Notes under the pieces: generated by a model
Told to the model about the DNA's origin: nothing
The model's input: the letters and a program-made list of their open reading frames with translations, nothing else
The model's database searches: none
Position numbers and translations under genes: made by a program
In this document: positions 1 through 15,790 of the stretch, in pieces
Position numbering within the stretch: the stretch's first letter is position 1
Layout: every line of letters starts with the position of its first letter
NCBI RefSeq assembly: GCF_009914755.1
Contig: NC_060927.1
Length of the DNA stretch: 64,000 bases
Direction: 5' to 3' (one strand)
From: the human T2T-CHM13v2.0 reference genome, Homo sapiens

Positions 1-161
1 TATAAGCCAATTTGTACCAGGAGTTGGGTACACAGCTATGAACAGAGACACACAGCACTTTTGCCCTGATGACTGTACTTTCTACCAGGGAATGTAAACA
101 AATAATCAATTACTCAGTTGCTCACTTACAGCTGGAATACGCCCTATAAAGGATAAATAGA

Positions 162-483
<322 letters not shown>

Positions 484-2407
484 TTAACAGATGGCCCCTG
501 TGTGGTGGTCAGTGAAGGCTTCAGAAATGGCAATGGATCTCAGCTCTGAAGGATAAGAAGGAATCAGAAGTATGAACATTCCCAACAAAATGTGCTATAT
601 GTTCAAATGTCCTAGAGCAAGATAAAGCGTGTCTTAGAGGAACTGAATGGCTAGTGTGGCTGAAAAGCAGTGAGGGGGAGAGACAAAATCACAAGATGAA
701 AGTGGCATCATTAATTTATAACATAGAACAAGACAATCTAGAATACTGATTTTTCAAGTAATAGCATACATTCCAATATTCACTCAGCACTGACCTGGGT
801 TTATTTTATCTCTATCAACAAAAAAAGGAAAAATGAAGGAAAAGTATAAATGGCAATGTTGTAAATTAATTGTCTTAAACCCTTCTAACACTTTACATCA
901 TTCTGTGGCTCTTAATATATTTTAAGTCATAAGTATTTGGTAAGACTCATTAATGTAAGTATCAAATACTACAATAAAAATCTATTTTGTGCAATGGGAA
1001 TATAGAGTAATTTGTGTACCTATATAATGAGATTGTAAATTAGGGCTGGTATTCTTATTCATCTGTATACGCAGTGCAGCCCCCAGCACGGTGCATTACT
1101 CCCTGTGAGCCCTCAAACAGTTATGAGTGAATCCAGGCTCCCATGACTCACAGTTTGTGTTGCTAATTGGCACACACCCTGATCTGAAGTTAGCTGGCAG
1201 AAATCTCCCAAGAGACATTGACTAAAGAAACAAAACAGCTCGTGATTTTTTTTTTTTAGAACAAAAGGAATTTAAAAGAACCAAAATGGAAGTGTTATCA
1301 GTTAGAGTTATTTTAGAAAGCAGGCTAAACACACCACTTTTTGAATATATTGGAAAAAAAGCTTAACCTGAAGAACATGAAGAAAGCTCAAAGACTGAAA
1401 AAAGTTCGTAAGTTTCCTGGTCCCTAACAGGGGGATGGGGGAGAGATAGGGAGAAAAACAAAAAGAAAGTTCAAAGTTTTAGACCTCCTGACAGCAACTG
1501 TGAGGAAAATAATGTTTCTATGGCCATGAGGACAGAAATGCACCATGGATGCAGGAGGAAAAAAACAACAAGCTGGGAGGAGGAGCTGCTGGCCAGGACT
1601 GGAACGAACAATAGGTTTTTCCACAGGATCTAGTCTGTCTCTCCTTTTCTCTCACAAATGAACAATTAGTGCTTCTGGCTGGCCCTGTGCTGTGCCCATC
1701 TGTGTTGTGTCCCGGCTGTTTGCTAGGGCTCTTGTGGAATCTGTCAGCATCATACACCACATTGGCTCCCTGGGGCCCAATGAGCAGAATAGGCTCCGCT
1801 CCATTATTTTAATGTAAAAGAAGCACAAAGGCTTTCAGTCTTTCTTCAAAAAATATCCACTATTTCAGTTTCTACAAGCAAAGAATGTTCCCAAAACTCA
1901 TGAAAGAATACAAACATTTCAAAAAAGAAAAAAGGACAGCCAAGATAAAAAACTCACAATGAATTGCTTTAGGAAGAAGTCTTATCCCTCTACAACACCA
2001 CCACCACCAGTAAGGAAAGTGAACTGTCTTGAAATCTAACTCTTCTATTCCTTCTAATGGTGATGTATAGTCCTAGCATCAGACAAAAACTCTGCTTCCT
2101 AATATTCCGACCTTACTGTCATGAGTGATATGGTAGCCAGGTCCTGATGAAAGCAATCACTGGGGCCAATGGCCAAGTGAATATGACACATCCAATCAGT
2201 TCTTTCCCTGAGAATACTCCTCCCTCCACTTTCATCCATCCACTTCCCAGATTAGCGTTGGTCCTGCTTTGCTGGCTTTTTCTTCCCTGACTCACTTTAA
2301 ATTTGGTGGGAGCAGGGACCCGCAGTCCAAATCCTTAGCTTGCTTTTCTTTTCTCCACATAATCTCTACCAGAGAACACACCTATTTTTTGAGACTTCAT
2401 CTACACC

Positions 2408-2626
2408 AATGGTTCCAAATTGGGGATGTCCCCAGGGGACGTTCAGCAATGTTTTGAGACATTTATGGTTGGTACAAATGGTGGTGAGGTGGGCTGGGGT
2501 GCTACTGACATCTAGTGGGTAGAGGCCAGGGATGCTGCTGAACAGCTGCAACACCACAGGACGGTCCCCATGACAACGAATTATTCAGCTCAAAATGTCA
2601 ACAGGGTCACTAAGATTAGATACCTT
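2408..2626 (+). mobile_element. MER20 (hAT-Charlie DNA transposon)
   Basis: Matches recalled MER20 core: ccccaggggac...gctactgacatctagtgggtagaggccagggatgctgct...caaaatgtcaa. Confidence 0.85.
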
Positions 2627-2802
2627 ATCTGTACAGGTAAGTTTAATTCATTCACCCCTTCATCTGACAATATACTACTGTATAAGATTTATTTAAGATT
2701 TGCCATAACCAAGGCCAGTGCTGGGGAGTGGAGTAAGCACAGAGGAACTGCAGATGTAGGCATCAATCTGAGATGCAGCATGTCCTGAAAAAAAAGAGTA
2801 CT

Positions 2803-3146
<344 letters not shown>

Positions 3147-3578
3147 TTAAACCAATGTTCTAGTCACCTCTGAGATATCTCCACATTCACACGTCCAAAA
3201 CCAAACATTTTATCATTTTTCCTTCTACCTACTCTCACTACTACCCAGCCCATTCCTCCTTACATTCTCTATGATTTCTATCATACAGCCCAAACATCAA
3301 GGCCAGCAGTATTGGTAAATTCAAATTTCTTCTTCCTGCCCAATACTGAATTAGAAGCCAAGTCCTTGTGAATTCACCCTAATTATATTTTTCAGATTCA
3401 TCTTTTCCCCCTCTGCTCACTTTTCTTTCCCACTGCCCAAGCTCAAGATGTCCTTTGGAGCCTAATGCTTTAACAAAAACACATTTTACAGTGGTGTGTG
3501 TGGGTACGTGGGCGGGGGGATTTTGGGGGAGGGAATGTGGGTGTGTGTTTAAACCAAGACACAGAGAAACACATGCTA

Positions 3579-3858
3579 GCTGGGGGAGGTGGCTGAGGTG
3601 GAAGAATTGCTTGAGCCAAGGAATTCGAGACCAGCTTGGCAATATGGTGAAACCCCGTCTCTACAAAAAATACAAAAAAATTAGCCAGGCATATTGGAGT
3701 GCACCTGTAGTCCCAGCTACTCAGGAGGCTAAGGCGGGAGGATTACCTGAGCCTGGGAAGTTGAGGCTGCAGTGAGCTGTAATCATGCCACTACACTCCA
3801 GCCTGGGTAACAGAGTAAGACCCTGTCTCAAGAAAAAAGAAAAAGAAAAAGAAAGAAA
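3579..3858 (+). mobile_element. 5'-truncated Alu (AluJ-like)
   Basis: Alu body and A-rich tail. Confidence 0.85.
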
Positions 3859-4120
3859 CATGTTGAAGGCAATATGGGGATAGTATAAAGAACATACGCT
3901 TCTGAGTCAAAAAGACAATTTAGAATCTTGGCTCTATTTGCTCCCTGAGCAACCCTGAACAACTTATTTCTCTGTAAAAACAGATATGATGCCTAAATTA
4001 TAGGTTTGTTGTAAGGATAATGGAACTTGGGACTGTCACAGATGTTTACTATACAGTAGCTATTACAATATTATAACTGTGTTTAGAGTATATATGCCTC
4101 ATATGCTATAGACAAATATT

Positions 4121-4427
4121 TTCTTTTTTTTTTCTTTTTTTTTTTTTGAGACGGAGTCTCGCTGTCGCCCAGGCTGGAGTGCAGTGGCGCAATCTCGGCT
4201 CACTGCAGGCTCCGCCCCCTGGGGTTCACGCCATTCTCCTGCCTCAGCCTCCCGAGTAGCTGGGACTACAGGCGCTCGCCACCTCGCCCGGCTAATTTTT
4301 TGTATTTTTAGTAGAGACGGGGTTTCACCGTGTTAGCCAGGATGGTCTCGATCTCCTGACCTCGTGATCCGCCCACCTCGGCCTCCCAAAGTGCTGGGAT
4401 TACAGGCGTGAGCCACCGCTCCTGGCC
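4121..4427 (-). mobile_element. Young AluY (AluYe5-like)
   Basis: Diagnostics GGGCGAGGTGG, GAACCCCAGGGGGCGGAGCCTGC and GACAGCGAG (2-nt deletion); perfect 16-bp TSD gctatagacaaatatt (4105-4120, 4428-4443). Confidence 0.88.
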
Positions 4428-4819
4428 GCTATAGACAAATATTAAATTTAGAGTAGACTGAAAATATAAACCATAGTACAGTACTGTGTTTCTGAAATTT
4501 GTGAGTTTCCTCTGACTCTTTTTAGGTATAATTTTTTAGATCTTTGATCTATGCTTGTTTGAAAAGCTAACTTACCCGAAAGAAAGAAATGGATAATTTT
4601 AATGACAGTTAAGTCTTTTTGTGGTATTATATAATATAAGTCAAGCCCAAATGACATGCAGTGAGCATACAAGCCAGAAAGCAGGCACATTTCATCCCTC
4701 TTAACCAAACGAAACTATTCTCAATTCAGAAAGTTAAAACTCCCCAAAGAGATTTCATAACCGTGTACTCACTGTGGCATGAACCCAGCAGTAGGGTGCT
4801 TATCACAGAATGTACTTAC

Positions 4820-4895
4820 TTGTTCCACGTAATAAAAGTTGCTCTCTGTGTTGAAATGCCAAGACCAACAATTTGATTCATCTGTATTCCTGCAG
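4820..4895 (-). CDS. GK5: GK5 coding exon 3 (76 nt, AAGIQMNQIVGLGISTQRATFITWNK)
   Basis: Acceptor ctttacttttag|CTGCAG, donor ACAA|gtaagt; phase-1 join to exon 2; 'GISTQRAT' corresponds to the glycerol-kinase GITNQRET motif. Confidence 0.97.
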
Positions 4896-5060
4896 CTAAA
4901 AGTAAAGATGGATAAAACACATGTTTTAAAGCCAGTGATATTTTTCTTTATAATATTACAATATAGAAAAAGAAATCCAATATAATCTTTAAGAAAAATA
5001 CCTGGGTTTAGCATTCTAACAAAACAACTGGAATTAACAAATAAAGCATTACTAAGATGA

Positions 5061-5457
<397 letters not shown>

Positions 5458-5819
5458 TTAGGTGCTGGGAAAAAAACAAATACTATTCAAAGTATGTCAG
5501 ATTTATTTTTTCTTGGTAATAATAAGATTGGATCTTAATTTAAGCAATGATCAATCATAATAGAAGCTGGTTAATGACAATAAAGGAAAACTCTCAAGGA
5601 AAGTAGTCTAATTATTGAAGCTGAGACCTTATTTTCAACACAAACTGATGCCAGGATGCAAACAAAAATATTGACTTTTTGGTCCAAATTTCTTAAAATA
5701 TAGCAACTCGAGTATTTTTTGTGATATTCTTTAAAAATCTATTTATCCCACCGGGAAAATCTGGGACAACTTCAATTTGAGCATTGAGAAAAACACATCA
5801 ACTCCCATATAGTATTCCA

Positions 5820-6290
5820 AAGTTATTCAACCTGAATCTAACTGGGAGGAAACAATCAGAAAACCTCAAAATGAGGGACACTCTACTAAACTGGCTTGTA
5901 CTTTTGAAAATTGCCAATGTCATAAGAATGTGCTCTAGATGAAAGGAGCCTAAGCCGACTGACAGCTAAATGCAATGCCTCCTCTTTGGCTGGGTTCTAG
6001 ATTGAAAAAAGAAGTTTTTTTGTTTTTTGTTTTCACTAAGACAAGAGCAAATACTGAAGACAGAGTATTAGAAAACAGTGCTGTGTTAATGTTATACTTC
6101 CTGAGTGTTATAATTGCATTGTGGTTATAGGAGAAAATACTCCTTTCCTATGGTTCAGAAAGAAAAAAACAGTTTGCAGAAAATGGTAAATATTACAAAA
6201 TATGTTTGAATCTATGAGAAAGATATACAAGAGTTTATTGTACTATTCTTGCAACTTTTGCATAGACTGAAATATTTCAAACCAAAAAGA
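5820..6290 (+). mobile_element. Old L1ME-type 3' fragment
   Basis: aacctgaatctaa...gaaacaatcag...aaatgagggac...ttgtactattcttgcaactttt; a related copy lies at ~58.9-59.8 kb. Confidence 0.65.
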
Positions 6291-6892
6291 TGAGAAGAAG
6301 CAGTTCAGCCAGAAAAATGAAGTAAAAGATCTTTCAGAATTTACAAGTAATCTTTGCCATGTTCTCAAGCAAGGTGGCCATTTCAATGTTTTGAGATGTT
6401 GTCAATGTTTAAGAATGTTTCTAACATTCTTAAAGAACTAAGACTTAGACCATAGCTTTGGCCAGGAAAGCACTTTATGTCAAATGGCCAGAAAAAAACA
6501 AATAAAAACTCATTTTACAATAGAAATAACTCAGTTGTAAACCCATGAGAGTAGAAGCTATACACTGTAACTTCTGTTTATAATCCTCTGGTATTTTGTG
6601 CCAAACAGGAAATCAAAACAGCACTAGCTATAACCTGGAATGAGGAAATGGCGAGCATTTATATTACAGTCGAAAAGAGACAAACCAGAGGACACAGCAG
6701 ATGTTACCTTTCCCTGACAAAGGAGCTCACTGTGAATTACAAATTTCCGTTGAAAAATACTGGGAAACTGTAATCCCAATAAAATACTATATATATGTAT
6801 AACTTAGGAAAACCACAACTACAGAAGCCTGAGGAAAACTATTACAAAAAAAAAACCATAAAGATTATTGTTATTTTTATAAATCCAATTAC

Positions 6893-6986
6893 CTTTGACT
6901 GCTTCTTTTATTACGGCAACAAATTGAATCCAAAGAACATCAGGATCAATTTCTACCCAGCCAATTTGAGGATAAAGATTTTCTAC
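6893..6986 (-). CDS. GK5: GK5 coding exon 2 (94 nt, VENLYPQIGWVEIDPDVLWIQFVAVIKEAVK)
   Basis: Acceptor cttttccttaatag|GTAGAA, donor AAAG|gtaatt; phase-0 join to exon 1; contains the glycerol-kinase 'YPxxGWVExDP' motif. Confidence 0.97.
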
Positions 6987-7309
6987 CTATTAAGGAAAAG
7001 AAGATTTAGTAAAAACAGCATTAGATCAAGTCAATAGTATGGGTCTTTGGGTCTCAAAACTACTGGTTAAAATAATTAACATGATTTTATTATCTAATTA
7101 ATTTTTATTGTTAAAATTGAAAAAGACACATTTATGAGATAAAAAAGGACTATATGCCAACACCAAATAGCAGTAACTCATGAGTTCACAGAAGACTTTA
7201 GCTTTGTTTATCTCTACTTTTATTTTCTAAGTTTTCTACAAGAAGGTGTGTTTTTAAAATAAGAAAAAAGGCTTTTAAAAAATTAAAAATAAATTTTAAA
7301 AAAAGTGAA

Positions 7310-10300
7310 TTCCAGTTCAGACCACGATAGAGTAAGCACACTCCACCCTGTCTCTTCCGCTAAATACAAATATAACACCTGGACAGAATGCATGGAGCAG
7401 CCATTGTGGACTCTTAAAAAGTATATGGCAGCAGGTGGACTGGGGAAGTAGATAAGAATTCAGGTACCATGGAACTGGTGGTGAGTTTCCCATTTTTCTT
7501 CTGAAATCCCCTGGCTTAGACTCAAGACATCCTGAAAACCAGAACTGGGAGCTAGGGCACAGAGGAAGTGCCAGGATAAGCTCTACTGTTTTGGCTCAAA
7601 GAATGAGAAAGGGAACTCCTAACACTCAGAGGAAATGGGGCAGATCTCCCATTTTTCTTTTTTCCCTTGTCTCCATACTTTTATACCCACAAAATCCTGC
7701 AGCAGTGGCAGCAGCAGTTAATAATGGTATCGGTGCGTCTCAACAGGTACCTAAAATCCTGAGGAAGGTAAAACTTCCTCTCCAATCAGATGAGCGGTGA
7801 TCCCAAGAGGGTGTGGTCAACCCCTATGGCTTTTTTCTCTGTGTGTTTCTGCTGCCTAACCCCAGACATACCCAGCCGAGTGGAGTAATAAAAGCCCCAG
7901 CTTTTTGGCCGGGGACCACCAGGGGAGGTTCAGGGAATCAAAAAGTACCAGAACCATCTCAGAGAGGGAGGAACTTGGAAAAGATACCACAGAAAGTTGT
8001 GTATGAACTCTTAGGCTCACCCCAAAGCTGCACTTGCATGGATGTAATCCTAAACACTATACCAAAAATACTAAGAACAGAACTAAAGGATAGATCACTG
8101 CCCAGGTCCCAGACTGACTACTAGGTTGCACACACACAGGGCAGATCCAAATAGTACTGCCAAGATTTTGAAAACAAATCTGACATTGAAACTGCAGTCA
8201 GAAGACTGAATTTGTAGCCTGAACCCAAATGCAATAAATACCTGCTAAAAGAAAAACAACAAAAATCCTCATAGGATTTATAAAAACCCCAGGGTCTTTT
8301 AACATAATATTCAAAATTTCTTGGATACAATCCAAAACTACAAGGTATATGAAGAACCAGAAAAATCTTAACTCACATTGGAAAAGATAATCAAGAAATG
8401 TCAATGCCAAGATGACACAGATATCTGATAAACAGTCTAAAGCAGCTATTATGAAAATACTCCAAGAGGAGTGAATACACTTGCAACAAATGGAAAGACA
8501 GTCTCAGCAACGGTAACTGCAGTAATCATTTAACTACGTATGTGTATATCAAGGTCAGTATATCAGGACATCATGAAGAATGGCTTAAATATATCCCATT
8601 TTAAAAAGAAAGAAAAAAGAAAGTCATAAAAGACATAAAAAAGAAAAGTTTTAGAATTGAAAAATGTACTGATCAAAATTTAAAACTTACTGGATGGGCT
8701 CAATAGCAGAAGGGAGATAGAAGAAAATTAATAAACTTGAAGATAGACCAATAGAAATTATCTGCACAACAGAAAGAAAAAAGATTGGAGGAAAAAGAAG
8801 AACAAAGCCCCAGGACATAGCAAAAGGTCTAATATTTGTTTAATCAGGGGTCTCCAAAGAAGAAAAGAAAGGGTTCAGAACAGGAAAAAAAATCACTTGA
8901 GGGAAGTAACAGTGCTAAAAGCTGCCCAAGTTCAGTGAAACCTATATATTCAAGAGGCTCAGGAAAACTTTACCAGAATGAACCCAAAGCATTACACACC
9001 CAGATATCATAATTAAAATGCTGAAAACTAAAAGCAAAAAGTTTGAAACCAGACATTTCACATATACAGAACAAAAATTTAAATGACCGTGGATTTCTCA
9101 TCAGAACCATGAAAGCCAGAAATAAGTGGCTCAACATTTACAGTGTGCTAAAAGAACTGCCATCCCAGATTTCTATAACAAAATCCCAATAGTATTTTTT
9201 GTAGATTCTAAAATTTATGCAAGGCAAAAAAACTAAAATAGCCAAAACAACGTTGAAAAAGAATAAAGTCAGAGAGGAAAAAAAAGAATAAAGTTAGAGG
9301 CACACTACCCAATTTCAAGACTTACTATAAAGCTACAGTAATCAAAATAGTATGCTATTGGCATAAAAACTGACACATAGATCAATGGAACAGAATACAG
9401 AGTCCAGAAATAGACTCACACAAATATGACTAGCTGATTTTCAACAAAAGTACAGGGGCAATTCCATGGAGAAAAGATAGTTTTTTCAACAAATGGTGGT
9501 GTAACAATTGGACATCCATATGCAAAAAAAAAAAAAAAAAATCAGGCCAGTCATGGTGGCTCACGCCTGTAATCCCAGCACTTTGGGAGGCTGAGGCGGG
9601 CATATTGTCTGAGCTCAGGAGTTCACAACCAGCTTGGGCAACGCGGTGAAACTCCGTCTCTACTAAAATACAAAAAAAAAAAAAAAAATAGCTGGGTGTG
9701 GCAGTGGTACCTGTAGTCCCAGCTACTCGTGAGGCTGAGGCAGGAGAATTGCTTGAACCCGGAAGGCAGAGGTTCAGCGAGCCGAGATCAAACCACTGCA
9801 CTCCAGCCTGGGCGACAGAGCAAGGCTCCATCTCAAAAAAAAAAAAAAAAAAATCAACCTCAACCCAAACTTTGCAACTTACAGAAATTAACTCAAAATG
9901 GATCAAGATCTAAATGTAAAATGTAAAACTATAAAATGTTTAGAAGAAAATGCAAGAGAAAATTCTTGTGACTTGGGGTTAGGCAAAGAGTCCTTAGAAC
10001 ACCAAAAGTATAATTCATATAACAAAAAGTTGATAAATTGGACTTCATCAAAGTTAAAAACATTTGTTCTGCAAAAGATACTGTTAAGAAAATAAAAAGA
10101 CAAAAGTACAGACTGGTAGAAAATATGTACAAATCACATATCCAGCACATGACTAATATCCAGAATATATAAAAAATTTCAAAACTCGACAGTAAGAAAA
10201 CAAAGAACTCAATTTGAAAATGGGCAAAAGACTTCAAGCACTCCACTAAAGAAAACATGTGGATTACAAATATGTACATGAAGTTAGATATTCAGCATCA

Positions 10301-10990
10301 TTAGCCATTAGAGAAATGCAAGTCAAATCAAATAAGTTTTAAAAACTAATGATACCAAGTATTGATGAGGATGTGGAACAACTGGAACTCTGATACATTG
10401 TTGATGAGAATGCAAAATGGTATGGCCACTCTGAATTTCTTGCTAAGATAAACATTCACTTACCATATAACCTAGCAATCCCACTCCTAGGTATTTACCC
10501 TAGAGAAATTTACCCTATAAGGTTGTACACAGGACTGGTTCAAAGCTTTTTAATATTCCCCTTAAAATCTGTACACTAATGTTTATAGCAGCTCTATTAA
10601 TGATCACCAGAAACCAGAAATCACCTAAATGTACTTCAACAGGTGAATGAATGTAGTACATCCATATGATAGATACTACTCAGAAATAAAAAAGAATAAA
10701 CAAGTGATATACATAACAATATGGACAAATCTCAAAGGCATTATGCTGAAAAAAATCCAGTCTCAAAAGGCTACTTGCTGTATGATTCCATTTATATGAC
10801 ATTCTCAAAAAGACAAGACTGTGTTACGGAAAACAGATCAGTGGTTACTAGAGGTTAGGTGAGTGGGGAGATGTGACTACAATAAAGTAACACAAGGGAG
10901 CTTGGGGATTACTTCTACACATGTCCTAAAGTTCACATAACTATACACCAAAAGTCGATTTTACTTTAACTTAAAAAATAAAATAAATTT
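7310..10990 (+). mobile_element. Old L1M element (5' region/ORF1 joined to ORF2 3' part and 3' UTR), antisense to GK5
   Basis: ORF1-like segment ~8640-9170; ORF2 3' motifs (ctacccaatttcaagacttactataaagctacagtaatcaaa; gatcaatggaacagaatacagagtccagaaataga); L1M 3' UTR motifs near 10.7-10.9 kb. Confidence 0.8.
9545..9853 (+). mobile_element. Alu (AluS-like) inside L1
   Basis: Full dimer with poly-A. Confidence 0.92.
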
Positions 10991-10995
10991 TGTAT

Positions 10996-11280
10996 GCTGG
11001 ATGCAGTGGCCTGTAATCCAGTACTTTGGGAGGCCGAGGTAGGAGAATTGCTTGAGCCCAGGAGTTCAAGATCAGCCTGAGCAACATGGCAAAACCCCAT
11101 CTCTACAAAAATACAAAAAGGGTGTAGTGGCCCACACCTGTAGTTCCAGCTACTCAGGAGTCTGAAGTGGGAGGATCACTTGAGTCCAGCAAGTAGAGGA
11201 TACAGTGAACTGTGGCCACGCCACTGCACTGCAGCCTGGGAGACAGAGGGAGACTGTCTCAATCAATCAATCAATAAACA
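10996..11280 (+). mobile_element. Alu (AluJ-like), (TCAA)n tail
   Basis: Diverged dimer. Confidence 0.85.
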
Positions 11281-11437
11281 AATTTCATAAAAATCTATGG
11301 CTTCAAGTCAAAATGATGGCTTAAACATATGCATGTATCTCCAATTCCTCCCAGTCTATTAAAAGGAAAACATTAACAAGGTTTAAATGCACAAGGACAA
11401 AGAGAAGAGCAAATAGGATCAGACCAGATTTTAACAA

Positions 11438-11727
11438 ATTTTTTTTTTTGAGACGGAGTCTCGCTGTGTTGCCCAGGCTGGAGAGCAGTGGCGCAATGTC
11501 AGCTCACTGCAAGCTCCACCTCCCGGGTTCACACTTCTCCTGCCTCAGCCTCCTGAATAGCTGGGACTACAGGCACCCGCCACCACGCCTGGCTAATTTT
11601 TTGTATTTTTAGTAGAGACGGGGTTTCACTGTGTTAGCCAGGATGGTCTTGATCTCTTAACCTCGTGATCCGCCCGCCTCAGCCTCCCAAAGTGCTAGGA
11701 TTACAGGCGTCAGCCACCGCGTCTGGC
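11438..11727 (-). mobile_element. Alu (AluY-like)
   Basis: gcaagctcc, gtgttagccaggatggtc diagnostics; TSD aacaaat. Confidence 0.92.
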
Positions 11728-13577
11728 AACAAATGTTTTTAATACGAACAGTGAGTGGGCAGATGGTACATGGCTTAGGACAGAGGAGGAAATGCCAATA
11801 CCTCACTGCCTGCTCAGATTACACTGCACCTCTACTCACCTTGGCTCCCATTTCACTCAGAGTAAAACCATTATTCCTTATAATGGCCTATAAGACCAGA
11901 GTCAGGTCACCTCTACCCTTCTCCTCAGAATGTGAGTTCCTAGAGGGCAGGGAATGTGTCTCCTTAGTTCATTTTATCCCCAGCATCTAGAAGTGCCTAT
12001 GGTTTCTTAGATATTCCATAAATATAAAGTGAGTATATGAATGAACATATGAGTGAACTATGAGAGTGATGCCCGTAAGCAAAGGGCAGAGATTCTAGGG
12101 TGGAACTCTGGAAATTAGAGGTTCCTCTGAAAGCTGGGATGCCAGATGGGGTTGTACGTAGGACTGGTTCAAAGTCTTTATAAGGAGCCCCAATTCCTTT
12201 CCTCCAGCCAGATCACTGCCCCTCCCTAACCTGGCAGAAAGAGAACGTAAGAGATTTATTTCTGGAGGGGTTGAACCAGAGTTCTGTACTTGCAAATGAC
12301 AGATATACCTAAGTGCCAGGGCAAGGCATGGTACCAAAAAAATGCAGATAACCAATCAAGATCACTAGTTAAGGAAAATTTCTAACATGTAGTATGAAAA
12401 GGCCAAAATAAAGAAAAAAGGAACTCTGAGGATACAGTGACAATATGGGGAGTATAAGTGTTACACAAGGTGATGTGGAAAAAGAATCTCTTATTCCCCA
12501 GTGAGCTCATCAAAAAAACAGATTTAACACAATCTATTCTCCTTCTGTCAATTAATACTTCTGCCCTTTCTAGGCAAGGCTTTTATGACTACAGACTGTA
12601 ATAGTTTAACTACAAGAAACACTTTCTTACCCCAGAAAACTCAATGTGGATATCATTATTTCAAGGCTATAAACCTTCAGACTTGACTCAGGGTCACTTC
12701 CCCCCACTTTACCAATCAGGATGTCACATACCATCCCCAAACAAGTTGCAGTAGTGAAATCTGTTCTTTTACAGGAGAACCAAACCAAAATTAGATCAAG
12801 TATATAATAAAAGTTAATTTTTTTTTATTAAAAACAAAAGACAACAACCACCTAGTCTGTTTTTCAAGCATGTACATAGAGTACACAGTATTACTCTTTG
12901 GAGTGACCTTTCTGTCCTGTTCTTCCAACCAAGACATTATCATTTTTTATAGTTTCTCATAATGGCATGATGTTCCACTGGGGAACATGATAAATATTCT
13001 CCATTTTTCAAACCAAAATATCAAATGTTCATATGTGGAGTTTCCAACACAAAATATTCTTCTAGTAGTTAATTTGTATATTTAAGAGTCCCTAAGAAAG
13101 ATTTTTTAAAAATACAAATTACAGAAAAAAGCTAAAAATGTATCTCTACTGTTAAACATTTAAAAAATAAAGGCCACAAGAAGTAAGATTGACGTCTTCT
13201 CACAGCCTATTTTGTTCTTGTCTACAAAGGGGAATCTCTTTATTTTTTCTTTTTTAAAAATTTCTTTCCCAGTATAATCAAATCATACACTAAGAGGTTT
13301 TAGGTTTCTATTATACATTCTTTCCATTGGAATATTACAAGAGGTGTAATTTTCACTTGACAGAATAAACACAATCAAGTTCTGTGTCTAAGTCATAGAG
13401 CCCCATGAATTCCTAACATTTTAACTGCAATTCAATTATTTATTCTGTAACAATGAGGTAATAAACCAGGTACTAAGCAGCAATGTAGACCAACAAGATC
13501 CTTGTTCCCAAAAAACTCAAATTATCTGCAGTAAAGGACCAGTTGCTAATTGTTTTTTTAAAAAATTTCTATTCATT

Positions 13578-13870
13578 GGCCAGGCGCAGTGGCTCATGCC
13601 TGTAATCCCAGCACTTTGGGAGGCCGAGGCGGGTGGATCACCAGGTCAGGATATCGAGACCACCCTGGCTAACACGGTGAAACCCCATGTCTATGAAAAA
13701 TACAAAAAATTAGCCAGGCTTGGTGGCGGGCGCCTGTAGTCCCAGCTACTCAGGAGGCTGAGGCAGGAGAATAGCATGAAGCCGGGAGGCGGAGCTTGCA
13801 GTGAATCGAGATCAGTCACTGCACTCCAGCCTGGGCGACAGAGCGAGACTCCATCTCAAAAAAAAAAAAA
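13578..13870 (+). mobile_element. Alu (AluY-like)
   Basis: ggctaacacggtgaaa, ggagcttgcagtga; TSD ~aaatt.tattcattg. Confidence 0.92.
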
Positions 13871-14603
13871 ATTATATTCATTGTGGACCAGCAATTTTTA
13901 AGATACAATTAAGTTTCTAGTCCTAGTGCAGTAACTCGTGCCTGTAATCCCAGAGCTTTAGGAAGCTGAGGCAGGAGGATTGCTTGAGCCCAGGAGTTCA
14001 AGGTTGCAGTGAACTGTGATCAGGCCACCTGGGGGACAGAGTTAGAATCTGTCTCTAAAAATAACAATAATTTTTATAAAGTTTCCAGAAAAAAAAGGCA
14101 TACAAAATAAAATCCCAAACGTTTCATTACTAGAGTCAATAGACATAAAATTATTCTGCTAAGTTGCTACACAAGTTTCTAAATGCTTAGTTTTCTTTTA
14201 TTATCTCAATCCCAGCAGCCCCGTAACTACACTTTAAGCAGTACTGCTATAAACTCCTACCACACAGAGAGGCATTGCTGCACATTTCTTAATCTACGAC
14301 TGTGCTTTATCCGGGAAGAGCAGGCATTTTTTTTGTATTTTTATTTACTCATATCTTTCTTTTATCCAGACACATTTTCCACAGTTTAGAGTCTGTGCAA
14401 ATCTTCCTGGCCTCCTGCCACTCACAGCAATCTTGATCCATCTTTGAGATTCCTCACTTCATTCCTAAAAAAACTAATGATCTGCCCCAAATTATATATT
14501 AACTGTGAAACTTTGCATTTTCTAGTAATTCATTTCTCCCTTTGGTTCCAAATATTTCAATTCCTTAAAAGAAAAACAAAAACAAACAAAAAAACAGTGC
14601 TTA

Positions 14604-15206
<603 letters not shown>

Positions 15207-15416
15207 TCACTGGCACTCTAGCTGGACCTTGCTCCTGGGCAAGTGCTACAAAGAAAAACACCTCTAAGGTGGTGGGAAGAAGAACGGGACACTGAGAAAA
15301 AGGGGGAATACAGTGCTGCTGGGAATGGTTAGGTAACTGATGGCTCCGGCCCTCCCTCAAATTTCTAACATAAAAAGATGTTGGTACTGGGAAGAGAAAA
15401 TAAGAACACCATAACA

Positions 15417-15790
<374 letters not shown>

